Shown: one piece after another, positions 53,869 through 63,885 of the stretch
Position numbering within the stretch: the stretch's first letter is position 1
Layout: every line of letters begins with the position of its first letter
From: Setoptus koraiensis
Lineage: Eukaryota > Animalia > Arthropoda
DNA: 64,000 bases
NCBI GenBank assembly: GCA_048013815.1
Contig: CM106585.1
Span: forward strand, 2,170,001-2,234,000
Direction of reading: 5' to 3'
Notes under the pieces: generated by a model
Told to the model about the DNA's origin: nothing
Databases searched by the model: none
Seen by the model: the letters and a program-made list of their open reading frames with translations, nothing else
Program-made: the position numbers and the translations under genes

Positions 53869-56800
53869 CGTCGTCTCTTGTTGTGAGTCTGAGTAAGTGA
53901 GAGAAATAAGAGAGATGATATGATATAAGAAACTGGTATTGGTGCGAATGTTCTAATGTTAATTCTCAATGTCATTTGAGTACCAACCTTCATTGTGGGA
54001 AGAAGAATCCGCACCTCGAGTTTGGCCGCACGAATCGTTTGTATCACCTTCCTGGACTTCGCTGAGTAATTCATCGTTTCTGTTGAATTTAAAACCAAGA
54101 CGTTTTGTAGACATGGGCATATATGTTTATATCGTACAGACTTTAGACATATATAACGTAGAAATTTAATTCAATGTGATAATAACTAATATCAATCTCC
54201 GCTGCTGACAGACGCATGTAATCAAGAAAACGATCGCTTAGAACAGTTAGAGACACAGTGGGTTTGTCAAGCACTACTCATAGGTGTCCTTGTTTGTTGG
54301 CTTCGTCAGCTGAGTATTTTTTTATAGCATAATAGAGTAATACTAGGCAATGTTTAATATACAACATTTGTCAAATGTCTGGTGATGATTCAGTCTTGAA
54401 AGTTAAACATTAATAGTGTTGACTAAGCACAACTATTTTGCAACTTACAATACAATGCTTTGCAGGTAAATAAAGTAGTGATCTACGATGTTGATCAAGT
54501 TCCAACGAGTTGTTGTTATCTCTCAATTCGGATAGTTTTTGTTTTCTTCTTCTTTCTTTTCAATTAGTGTCGATAATTGTTTGCTGGTAAATGGAAGTGG
54601 AAAGTGTTTACAGAATAAATAAATATTATTAGGATTTATCTATAGAGAATTCACGAACTAGTGCCCATCCAGTGAGATTATGTGATTGGGACAATGGTTG
54701 TCATCATTCTAGGTGCACTACCTATTCCAACTATAAAAGACTAGTGTATTGTTAGGTACATGAATCAAGATTGAGCATTGACTCTTTGAATGTATGAAGT
54801 ACAGTTAAAGCATGATCAAACTGTATAAACATACAGTCATGCAATCAAAGGATCTGCTCTTTAGACAATAAACACATTGCGTAAAGAGAACAACAAGAAC
54901 TAAGGCGCGATTTTTATATATCGATGTTTATTGTTGTTCTATCAAGGTGACTTATTTCAACTGGGAATAGCTAAAACAATCCTACCTTGAAATCATTTCT
55001 TGGGCAATCAATATAAAAGCATTTAGTACTTGTTAGAGCATTGCAACGCTTTTGAACGTAACATTACACAATTGCTTACCTTTGTGATACAGAAACGCCC
55101 ATTATTACTTCTGGTGTATCGGTGATGTTGGTGAGATCATGGCGAACGTAGAGCGATTACATATCTCTTTTCATGGTTCGCGACATGTTATTCCTGTATT
55201 TATATAGATGTGTGAAAAAAATACGTGATATGATTGCTTGAATGCAGTCGTTGTTCGAAACCATGATATAACTGGAAAAAAACAATAGTCAACCTAATGC
55301 TATATCAACTTATGACCCATGTTACTTGGTTTTCCATGAGCCGAAACATATTAGTAATATTAACATATTTGTGCTGATTATAGCAGGTACCAGATCATGG
55401 CTAAAATCATCTTGTTTATATGGATATTCTCGTAATATTGCATCGTCTGGGATAGCTGTGATATTGTTTAACAAATGATGGAGAATCGCAGAACAGCGAT
55501 CATTGGTAGCTCGCAAGTTACTGTAAACACAACACAATATTCTTATTTATATCAATGGGTCTCTAGTTGATGGTGCCTGTCATGAAAACGAAGCATGGTT
55601 TGATATATAATTTAATGTTGTTGGATTTTGAATGATGAGTTTTTTCTCTATTCGTATGTGTAAACAAGCGGCGTGCAACATTCGCTTTCCTTCACTATTG
55701 CCATGATGTTATCTAGAATAAACAACAGAATTCTCTTCTGCAAGATATGGTGAATGAAGGATCCTCTCAATGGTGCACTCGAAAGATGTCTCTCATCACG
55801 GGCTGTTGCAGTTGTTGTCGTGAGTATCTATATGCTAGTATGTCAGTCTGAATGCCTGTCTGTGTGTTTGTTTCTACATTCTCTATGATACGATCTCTAT
55901 TAGTTGGTAGGGTTGTTGTTCCAGTTCTAATGTTTGTCTTGTTTTTTTTATTATTATTATCATCAAAAATACTAGTAGTCGTAGCAGTACCTCATCACCA
56001 TTGTATGTCCTAGTACAATATTCACACAACAGTCAATTCGACTTAGCAACGTTACTGCTTCTACTATTGATGCTTGATTGTAAATATCTCGGAGAAGGAA
56101 AGAGAGACAATGAGTGTCATTTTCATAAGGGGCGATAATGGTATCGCAAGGTGTAGACGGTTCGGTGTCATTGATGATGTTGGATATATGAGACTTGTAT
56201 AGCTAATGGTGGCTATTGTTGAGCAGTACTTATTACAGCTTGAACAAACTGAGGATATGAAAATGACATGCGATTTAAATTAATAACATAACTATTCCAT
56301 GTAGTATGGCTTCAAAGATTTTGCGTCTAGTAAATAAACTGACATCATGCATATATGCGATAATAATATGATCGCGTAGCCCAGTTCATAATACTCATGT
56401 ACCTTGGAAGATTCGAAGCGCGAGATTCAATTTCGTTTTTCTTTTTTGTTAGTGTAAGAAGTTGTCTGTAAGACTTGCGAGGTAAACCCTCTTCCTGATG
56501 ACGCCGATTTCGACAAAACTCTACATCAAATCGAAGGCTCTGATCGAACTGTTCTTGTGAGCACGAAAAAGTCTATCGAAACTGCAATAATCGATATTTT
56601 CTTGAAAAAAAAAATCCGAAATTCGTTCATGACGAAGCCTTGTTTAACATTAGGCATGCGCCCGTTTTTTTGAGAAATTCCGCAACAATTCACGATTTCT
56701 TATTTAGTGCGCTTGCATAGCCTCAAATACATAGGAATCGCGCACAATAAAAGACACCTTGCATACGAATTTTTATTTTTCAAAGTTCTGGGCTACAAAT

Positions 56801-57103
56801 GGTTTCGCCATCAACCGATAGAGGGCCACCTCACATGCTGATTGTTTCCATTTCCAACCGTCGATCTCTCATATTTTTGTCGCTAGGGGGCATTTTTTGA
56901 ATTCTTTTCTTTCGGCCCTAGCTCGACCTGTGGTTCTCTTTCGATTCTTTTGGCACTAGATTATTCGGCTAGGGGAGAACTATCGGGTATGTATACTGCT
57001 ACGCTCAAACAGCGCGCTCTTGTTAGATTCGGCATTGCCAACAAAACCTTGTATAGAAGGCGGCGCTTACGCCGCAGTCGTGGTATTGAATTAAAGTACC
57101 CAT

Positions 57104-57390
57104 TAAGTTAAACTACTTTTATTCTGCTCCTGGAGCTGTTAGGTAGAATCTAGCCTCGGTGATTGACCATCAGTACCACACCGGATGTGAATGAGGGAGG
57201 GTACGGCTGCCCGTACCTAAAATATGCCCACAAATACCCTGAAATACCCAGAATGCGGTACCTCGGGTATCTCGGGAACGAAGAATTTCCGCAATTCCGG
57301 AATACCTTTTCCGGTCTCAGGGCATCATACCCTACCCATAAATACCCAAAATACCCAAATTGGGCGTGGTACGTGTTAGATAGAATAACC
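57104..57390 (+). mobile_element. Diverged right end of a TIR element related to the 59516-60424 insertion
   Basis: 287-bp ungapped match to 60138-60424 with about 34 mismatches by hand count (~88%), ending at the same ...AATAACC terminus. No matching left TIR seen. Confidence 0.8.
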
Positions 57391-57402
57391 AAATTGATCT
57401 CT

Positions 57403-58900
57403 TGTATTCTCTCACTATAGAGTCAAATGAAGCAAGGCCTTAGCCTTATTAAAAGGAAAGTATATTCGAGCATTTATTTGTACGTTATTACATCAAAACG
57501 TAACAAATTGGTGGAGACGCCGAGAATCCCACTGATAGGGATATCTTACCCGAGAAAGAACTCGAGACCAGTAGAGAGAGTTAAAAATTAGAATCAAGAT
57601 TCAATCATCGTTTAAGAATGTCTCAAAAAGAGAAAACACCAGCCTCCCGCTTACCTAAAACAAGGAGCCAGTCAGCGAATCAGTGTATTGCCAGAGAGCA
57701 GGGACATGCTCAAGAGAGCCAGAAAGCTCAAGAGCTACAAATGTCGGAGCTCATAGGTAGTCTCAAAGGACTGAGAGAGATGCTCAGCGATAATCAAGAG
57801 AGGGCAGAGGAGAAGTTGGCCAGAAATGAGAGGAACTTCAGAGAGGTAATGGATTCAACGACTGAATCAATAAGTTTATTGGCAAATCGTGTTGACGAGT
57901 CAACAAATAATTGAACAATAAACATAAATATTTATACAGAAAGATCTACACAGCGTGAACATTCAGCCGACAGATAATTTCGCCAGGTCAAGACCTAAAA
58001 TTCAAGCTAATTCACATCCAGCTAATCAAACATGGAGCCAACTACAAAACGATGCGAAGTTTGCACTTTCACAGATGATGAGGAAACACACATTTGCTCA
58101 AGAGCCATTGAGACAAGAGTATTTAAGCTTCGTGAAGCACTTCTCAATCTAGAGAAAAACAACATTCAGAAGAACTCAAATACGTCAAATTCGACCTCGA
58201 AAACATTGAAAAAGGAAAGTTCGACCGATTCAGAGCGGATCTTAACACAGCCGGTCATAAAATAGCAGCGTTAGAAGTTGATCGAGCAACTGTTGGAGTT
58301 ATCCAGGAGCAATACATGGTTTTTCAAGAAAAGTTCGAAACATTTTCGACCAAGATTTATCGCAGACTTGAAGATTTCAAAGAACAAATAACGTCCAAAC
58401 AAGACACTCACCGCAACGCAGTGAATGGTCAAAATCTTGCCATGGCGAACATTCAAAACAAAATAGTTGATGAAATGAATCAACTCCGTGATAAATTTAA
58501 CGATCAGCCCAACACAAAGCGAAATGTGGCAGAAATAGAAGAACGTCTTGATAACGTCGAGCAAAAGATGAACGGCCAACAACGTGACAATTATGGCATA
58601 ACATTCAAACAAATCAAACAAGTAACACTGATCAAATCAGTATTTCGAGCGCTTAATTAGCGCTTAATTTTAATTAAGTTGCTATTGGTTTGGTGTTTAT
58701 TGCTAATCTATTCACGTGACAATGTAATCCTATGGAGGTTTGACTTAGTCAGAGGACCACTTGCATTTAGGGTCTCCAGAATCAACCTGATCTGACATAT
58801 ATAAATTTAGTATTTTTGTGATCGGAGGAGCGTCTTGATCACGAATATAACAAGGTTGCAGCAGGAAAAAGAACTGAAAAAGAATTACCCGAGAGAGAGA
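57403..58900 (+). mobile_element. LTR-retrotransposon 5' remnant: putative LTR end, PBS and decayed gag-like coiled-coil ORF
   Basis: ...CGTAACA (LTR-type end, 57505), 3-nt spacer, then TGGTGGAGACGCCGAGAA (PBS). Downstream are coiled-coil reading frames 57618-57914, 57928-58152 and 58136-58660 in different frames. No pol or second LTR; outer limits approximate. Confidence 0.6.
57509..57526 (+). promoter_or_regulatory. Primer-binding site complementary to a tRNA-Ala-type 3' end
   Basis: The reverse complement TTCTCGGCGTCTCCACCA ends in CCA with A73 and U70, the tRNA-Ala acceptor signature. Confidence 0.65.
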
Positions 58901-58913
58901 AGCCCAGAAAGAT

Positions 58914-59507
58914 CTAGCGTACGAAAAAACCTGTCCCCAAGTGTATAGTTTCGAAGATCTCTCTTGTTATGAACGAGCTCTCAGTGCTGTGGTATTCAAC
59001 CGGAAGTCTCTTCAAGTCATGTTCAATCGATTTGAAGCATCTTAGTCTTCTGACATTACCGACTATCACTTGCTTCCGCTTCTGACCTGAACAATTTACA
59101 AAAAATGCAACAGTCACAGCCTCTTTGTGCGTTTTCAGACCCTGTCTTTTTGAGCCTGACAGACAGTTTGTGCGAGCTGGATGTTGCTTCCAAAACAGTC
59201 TACTCTCATCAAAATTCCAAATATCGAAGTTTGTCCATTCATGCAAAATTTTAGGTATTTCAGCACTCTTGAACTGATCAGCAGCTTCGTGGTCGGCAGA
59301 CAAAACTTCTCCGCATAGTGTGCCCGTAGTTATTTTATATCTGGCTTTGAAGCAGCGCCACCAGCCCTTTGATTTCATCGAATGGCCTTTACCTTCCTTT
59401 CCAGCCACTACCTTTCTCACCATTAATGTGTTAACAGGCAGCCCGTTTTTGCGGTACTCTTCGACTTTGAGCAATCCTCGTGCATCTAATTCCATAGGTG
59501 CATTGTG
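58914..59507 (-). pseudogene. pogo/Tigger transposase, HTH_Tnp_Tc5 plus start of DDE_1 domain, truncated
   Basis: SKGWWRCFKARYKI, GEVLSAD, IWNFDESRLFWKQHP, KEAVTVAFFVNCSG, LPVEYHSTESSFITREIFE are Tigger/TIGD motifs. Similarity stops before the second catalytic Asp. Confidence 0.9.
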
Positions 59508-59515
59508 AGAAATTT

Positions 59516-60424
59516 GGGTGTTGTATGGAACACGTACCCAGCCCGATTTCCTCCAAACTCCACACATGGGCACCGAATGGGCCCCAAAGAACAAATAAAT
59601 TAGTCCGGAAGTGCGGAAGTTTTCACTTCCGGAGATATCGAAAAATCCGTTTTATTGGTCTCACAGAAGTCTTATATCGTAAATTTTGGCATGAACGCGC
59701 AGCTCTCGTTGCAATATACGCGATGGCATCATATGAAATCATATTAGACAATTCGATCCCGAGAAATTCACTGTTTTCTATATCCACCACTTCCGGTCCG
59801 AGAATTAACGCGAATTGAGGAATCTGTTTGGCGTAATTGTTCATTCAGGCTTGCAACTTGAACACAAGGCCGAACAGAACCCGGCCCGATCGCGGGCCCC
59901 GCCCACTCGACCCCCAGCCTACGGAAAACAATCCTTTCCCGGGATGCGGGACGGCCCGTAGGGCCGTCACGAGGCAGGCCGTCAATCGTCCCGCTGTCGG
60001 CCGAAGGCCGACGGCGTGGACGGTAGGCCGGCCTATGCGGGTGGGCCAAAGGCCCACCCGCACATCGTGGCACCTCCTGAGGGGCACAGCCCCGAAGTGC
60101 GTGCCGAGAATCCCCTCGATGATACGAAGAGCCTTCCTAAGTTAAATCACTTTTATTCTGCTCCTGTGGCTGCTAGGGAGAATCTACTTTCGGTGAATGA
60201 CCATCAGTACCACACCGGATGCGAATGCGGAATGGCACTGCCTCCCGTACCCCAAATATGCCCACAAATACCTTAAAATACCCACAAGGCGGTACCTCGG
60301 GTATCTCGGGAACGAAGAATTTCCGCACTTCCGGAATACCTTTTCCAGTCTCAGGGCATCATACTCTACCCAAAAATACCCAAAATACCCAAATCGGGCT
60401 GGGTACGTGTTCCATACAATAACC
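59516..60424. mobile_element. 909-bp non-autonomous TIR element (MITE-like; Merlin-like by termini)
   Basis: TIRs 59516-59549 (GGGTGTTGTATGGAACACGTACCCAGCCCGATTT) and 60391-60424, 32/34 identical. 8-bp TSD AGAAATTT at 59508-59515 and 60425-60432. No transposase inside. Confidence 0.9.
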
Positions 60425-60628
60425 AGAAATTTTGGTTTGATGGTTGTTGAAAACACGACAAACATCCAATATACGTTCTTTATCATGAAGAATTCTATAA
60501 ACTTGAGACAAACTGAGATTATATATTTGCGCCAGTTCTCTTGGAACATATTTTCGTGAATCAGTAATTAACTCCTTTCTCTCTTTAAATGTCGTGTTTC
60601 TTCTTCTTCTCACACGTCTACTAGGCAT
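60425..60628 (-). pseudogene. pogo/Tigger transposase, N-terminal CENP-B/psq-type HTH part
   Basis: MPSRRVRRRRNTTFKERKELITDSRKYVPRELAQIYNLSLSQVYRILHDKERIL... fits the CENP-B N-terminal HTH pattern; cut by the 909-bp insertion. Confidence 0.8.
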
Positions 60629-60918
60629 TTTGGAACAAAATAAATAGCGAATCGAGGACCTTGGATATAAATATATGCGCGTTTGGAATGAAACACCCTT
60701 TACACAGGACTGATAAAGATGAGCCATAGATGACCGGCAGCAACCAAAAAGTTCGCTAGAAACACATGGATGCACAAAGATTCGATTTTACCGCGAGAGA
60801 ATAAAGTGAAAATAGCAAAAACGTGATCAATTTTCGCATTTGGACAGCATTCGCATTTGGCTGAACTTCACTGTACCTCTAATAAATAGGCGAGTGTCAA
60901 TCTTTATGTAGCATTAAC

Positions 60919-60924
60919 TTTATT
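60919..60924 (-). terminator. Putative polyadenylation signal (AATAAA) of the adenylyl cyclase gene
   Basis: AATAAA on the minus strand about 134 nt after the stop codon. Confidence 0.5.
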
Positions 60925-61057
60925 CACACATATTATCACAATAAGCCATACTACCCGGAATCACAATCAAGTACAGTAATAGCAATCAATTCACTAGCTT
61001 TCCCTGCTTCTCGATGGTAAGCCAGTGTATAGATTAGGTTAACTTCTCTTTCATCGT

Positions 61058-63058
61058 TTAAGGGCTGGGGATAGGATTTGATACTGCTTGTTCGTCTTCC
61101 TCTTCCACAGTTACAACTCCTCTAGTGAATGGTGAGCTCTCTGGATTCAAATTGGCACCCTGACAATTGATTCTTATTGCCGAAGTCTGATTTGGGGCTG
61201 CTGACTCCACTGGTGATATTCTATATTGCTGCTGCTGTTGACATTCATTGTTTGCATTGTCGGCGTTAGGCTGATGAGATTGCTGCTGAAACTTTGATAT
61301 AAACTTGTAAAAACTTAAACCACGGCTCCTGCTGAAGCTATGTGGAGTTGGCAAGTGTGTGGCATCATCAGATCGGAATGTCGTTGGACCGGAAGTTGCA
61401 CAAGCAGCCGATTCTATATCTACTGCTGATGACGGAAGCCTTTGTTGGGTTTGCCTTGTTTGGGCTTGATTGTAGACTGATTGACACTGTTGTTGATCAT
61501 CCCTCAGATCAGGCACATTATTTGTCGCAATACCTGTAGATGGATTATTGTTTCTATTGATTGGATTTAACACGGATGAGGGGGCACCTGATATTGTTGT
61601 TTTGGCATTGAACGAGCTAGTTCTTCTTCTGTTCAATTGATTATGCTTATTTGTTACGCCGGCACCATAACGTGACCTCCTATAGCTAGATCGACGCTTA
61701 AAATTATCTGTCTCTTTGAATTTCTGACCGCCTGCATTGTTGGGGTCGTTGTTCCTGTTACTACCGCCCCCGTACTGGCCCCATTGACCTCCACTTTGAG
61801 GGCCCAAACCGGCTGCACGATTGTCAAGAAGCTTTGCCGCCGCGTCCTCTAGATCGTCCTGATGTTGGTGGCGCTGTTTAGCCGGATTATCACCGCCACT
61901 GACCGCACCGGAACCGCCAGGCAATTGGGCGTAGCTCTTTCTCACTTGTACCATTCCAAACATCACCGAGGCAAGACTGTGATCGGCTATCATGGCTTGA
62001 CGGGCCAATTCTTCGTTGTTTTGTCCGACGTCGCTGTCAGTGGCCTCCATCAAGGCGCCTTGCTTTTGTTGTTGACCAGAGGCCGGATGGTTCAAACGAT
62101 ATCGGCTGGCCCCGAATCTGTTTGCAAATCGATTCGGTTGTTGTTGATGGACTAATGGATTCGAGGACGGACGATAATGACGATCTCGCACTGATTGTGA
62201 TGTAGCTCGCGATATATTTGCCGCTCTTGGTTGCAAATGAACACCCGGCGCTGCCACAGCCGATGAGGTTGATGCCAGATCCGCTTCTATGATAGAGGAA
62301 TCATCTACACCTTCTCGGTCCCCTCTGTTGCCACTTGCACCCCTCGAAGCTGGCCGCCTGAGTAGATTGGATTGCAGAGGTGGCGACATGGGCGACCGTA
62401 TACTATTTTTCACTCTGTTCAATTCATTGGTACCTGAAGATGATGCGTCATATTCGCAGCTCTCACTATCCGGATCGCTTGGTGCATTTTTAATCTTAAC
62501 TAAAGGCATCTCTTGAGTAGCTTTCAGAATGCTTTGTGATACCGAAGGGGCGCTTTTTTGCGACACTGCCTGCTGCTCTTGTTGTTGTTTTTGTTGCAAT
62601 TCGTCCTGAGTTAGTCGACCCAAAACATAATACGTCTCCATATTTCCCTTGCCCTTCACTGAGATGACGCCACGATACTTCAATTTGAAGCCGCTCTCCA
62701 TCAAAATATTGGCCGAATTCTTAGGCACTTGTATCATGTCGTAAGTTCCGGTGGAATCCATACGCGACGCCTCATTGACTGTGTCACCCCATATATCAAA
62801 AACAGGCTTCTTAGCACCAATGACACCACCAACAAGAGGTCCGTGTGATATGCCCACGCGCATTATAAAATTGTTGAATGAATGTAAATTGACATCATCC
62901 AAAGCCTGTTTTAGGGCTATTGCGAAATCACAGCAAACACTTAAATGATAGTTGGCACCCTTGTCCTGATCGCGTGGATTCAAGCCACAAGCTGCTAGAT
63001 AAGTGCTTGAAATAGTTTTAACTTTTTCCACACTCAGGAATCTCTCATCATCGAGGAT
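61058..63058 (-). CDS. Adenylyl cyclase (ADCY8/Ac78C-like), last exon: C2a catalytic C-terminal half plus long tail
   Basis: Acceptor TTCAG| at 63059. ILDDERFLSVEKVKTISSTYLAACG...MRVGISHGPLVGGVIGAKKPVFDIWGDTVNEASRMDSTG...VKGKGNMETY; the substrate-specifying K and D and the catalytic N/R are present. Confidence 0.95.
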   Translation of the reverse strand: MLDDERFLSVEKVKTISSTYLAACGLNPRDQDKGANYHLSVCCDFAIALKQALDDVNLHSFNNFIMRVGISHGPLVGGVIGAKKPVFDIWGDTVNEASRMDSTGTYDMIQVPKNSANILMESGFKLKYRGVISVKGKGNMETYYVLGRLTQDELQQKQQQEQQAVSQKSAPSVSQSILKATQEMPLVKIKNAPSDPDSESCEYDASSSGTNELNRVKNSIRSPMSPPLQSNLLRRPASRGASGNRGDREGVDDSSIIEADLASTSSAVAAPGVHLQPRAANISRATSQSVRDRHYRPSSNPLVHQQQPNRFANRFGASRYRLNHPASGQQQKQGALMEATDSDVGQNNEELARQAMIADHSLASVMFGMVQVRKSYAQLPGGSGAVSGGDNPAKQRHQHQDDLEDAAAKLLDNRAAGLGPQSGGQWGQYGGGSNRNNDPNNAGGQKFKETDNFKRRSSYRRSRYGAGVTNKHNQLNRRRTSSFNAKTTISGAPSSVLNPINRNNNPSTGIATNNVPDLRDDQQQCQSVYNQAQTRQTQQRLPSSAVDIESAACATSGPTTFRSDDATHLPTPHSFSRSRGLSFYKFISKFQQQSHQPNADNANNECQQQQQYRISPVESAAPNQTSAIRINCQGANLNPESSPFTRGVVTVEEEDEQAVSNPIPSP

Positions 63059-63156
63059 CTGAACAAATCAACAATTATGGGGCATAGAGGAAAGACAGTT
63101 AGATTTGAAGTAAAAATATTTTGGAATCGCATATATGATTATTGTTCTCTACTTAC

Positions 63157-63297
63157 CTGATCAAAGTCAAATATTATCTCGTTCAGCAGACGGATGCATT
63201 CCATGCCATTGTTGACATCTTCGCTGTAAAAATTGGAAAAGTTCGGTATGGATGCAAACAACACTGCAACGCATGGATAAGACTTGGCATACAATTC
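63157..63297 (-). CDS. Adenylyl cyclase exon (C2a start)
   Basis: [47 protein letters not shown], 141 nt, flanked by CAG| and |GTAAGT. Confidence 0.95.
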
Positions 63298-63413
63298 CTG
63301 AATGCACAATTGTTTGATATTCATTTAGAAATTCATTTAGAGAGCAAGATTAGTTATGTAACTAGTGATATATAAATTTGCGGTGCAGAATATCATCTAT
63401 GTAAAATACTAAC

Positions 63414-63572
63414 ATCATTGTTGCGGTCGTTGTGCAAGAAATGTGTGGCCACATGGTCGGGTAAGATATTCTCTAGCAATTGAGTATTATAATGCCTGAG
63501 CTCTCTCATGTCTTGGAGCTCCTTCTGAGCTTGTAATTTCCACAGAAAATCCAACCTTGATACTCGCTCGGT
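63414..63572 (-). CDS. Adenylyl cyclase exon (coiled linker before C2a)
   Basis: TERVSRLDFLWKLQAQKELQDMRELRHYNTQLLENILPDHVATHFLHNDRNND, 159 nt, AG/GT bounded; resembles ADCY8 RLDFLW...NILPSHVARHFL. Confidence 0.93.
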
Positions 63573-63672
63573 CTACCATTACATGCGAAGAAACAAAGGA
63601 AGCGATTAGTTCAGGGTTACAGTGTTATTCAATCAACGGATAAAAATGTCCGAAAGATCTTTTTCTACTCAC

Positions 63673-63754
63673 CAGTCTGCAATGATAAATCACCACAACC
63701 ATATACAGCGCTATCAATAGAAGTAACTTTGGCTTTATTTGTCTATCACATAAT
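63673..63754 (-). CDS. Adenylyl cyclase exon (last TM helix)
   Basis: LCDRQIKPKLLLLIALYMVVVIYHCRL, flanked by TTGCAG| and |GTGAGT; phases match the neighbouring exons. Confidence 0.8.
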
Positions 63755-63885
63755 CTGCAAACAATGGACAAAAAACAATTCGAGTGATTAATTAATCATG
63801 ATGCAAGAATTGATTATTGTAGTTTTTATTGGGAATAGATCAATGGAAAACGAAAAAAAGCTGGAACAAAAGATTATTTTCTTAC

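Larger units (their letters stand above)
58914..60873 (-). mobile_element. pogo/Tigger-family DNA transposon, 3'-truncated and interrupted
   Basis: 5' end reads TA|CAGTGAAGTTCAGCCAAATGCGAATGCTGTCCAAATGCGAA on the minus strand (TA at 60874-60875; CCAAATGCGAA repeated). A transposase follows. The other TIR was not found. Confidence 0.85.

Noticed and set aside
56461-56673. About 70-codon open frame with CKTC upstream of the TE cluster
   Set aside because: No start codon, splice context or recognisable family; possibly TE debris but unsupported.
57150-57420. ORFs on both strands of the 287-bp repeat (also 60184-60559)
   Set aside because: Differences between the copies are largely non-synonymous, and the YPKYP pattern derives from AAATACCC repeats.
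60076-60097. Hammerhead-like CTGA-stem-GAAG
   Set aside because: It lacks the CUGANGA and GAAA consensus; kept only as part of the hairpin array.
60103-60114. 12-bp identity (GCCGAGAATCCC) with the PBS region at 57519-57530
   Set aside because: One 12-mer match within 4 kb is roughly expected by chance.
57104-60424. Reading the two 287-bp direct repeats as LTRs of one composite element
   Set aside because: The right copy ends in a TIR paired with 59516 and flanked by a TSD. The repeats lack TG...CA ends and an adjacent PBS/PPT.
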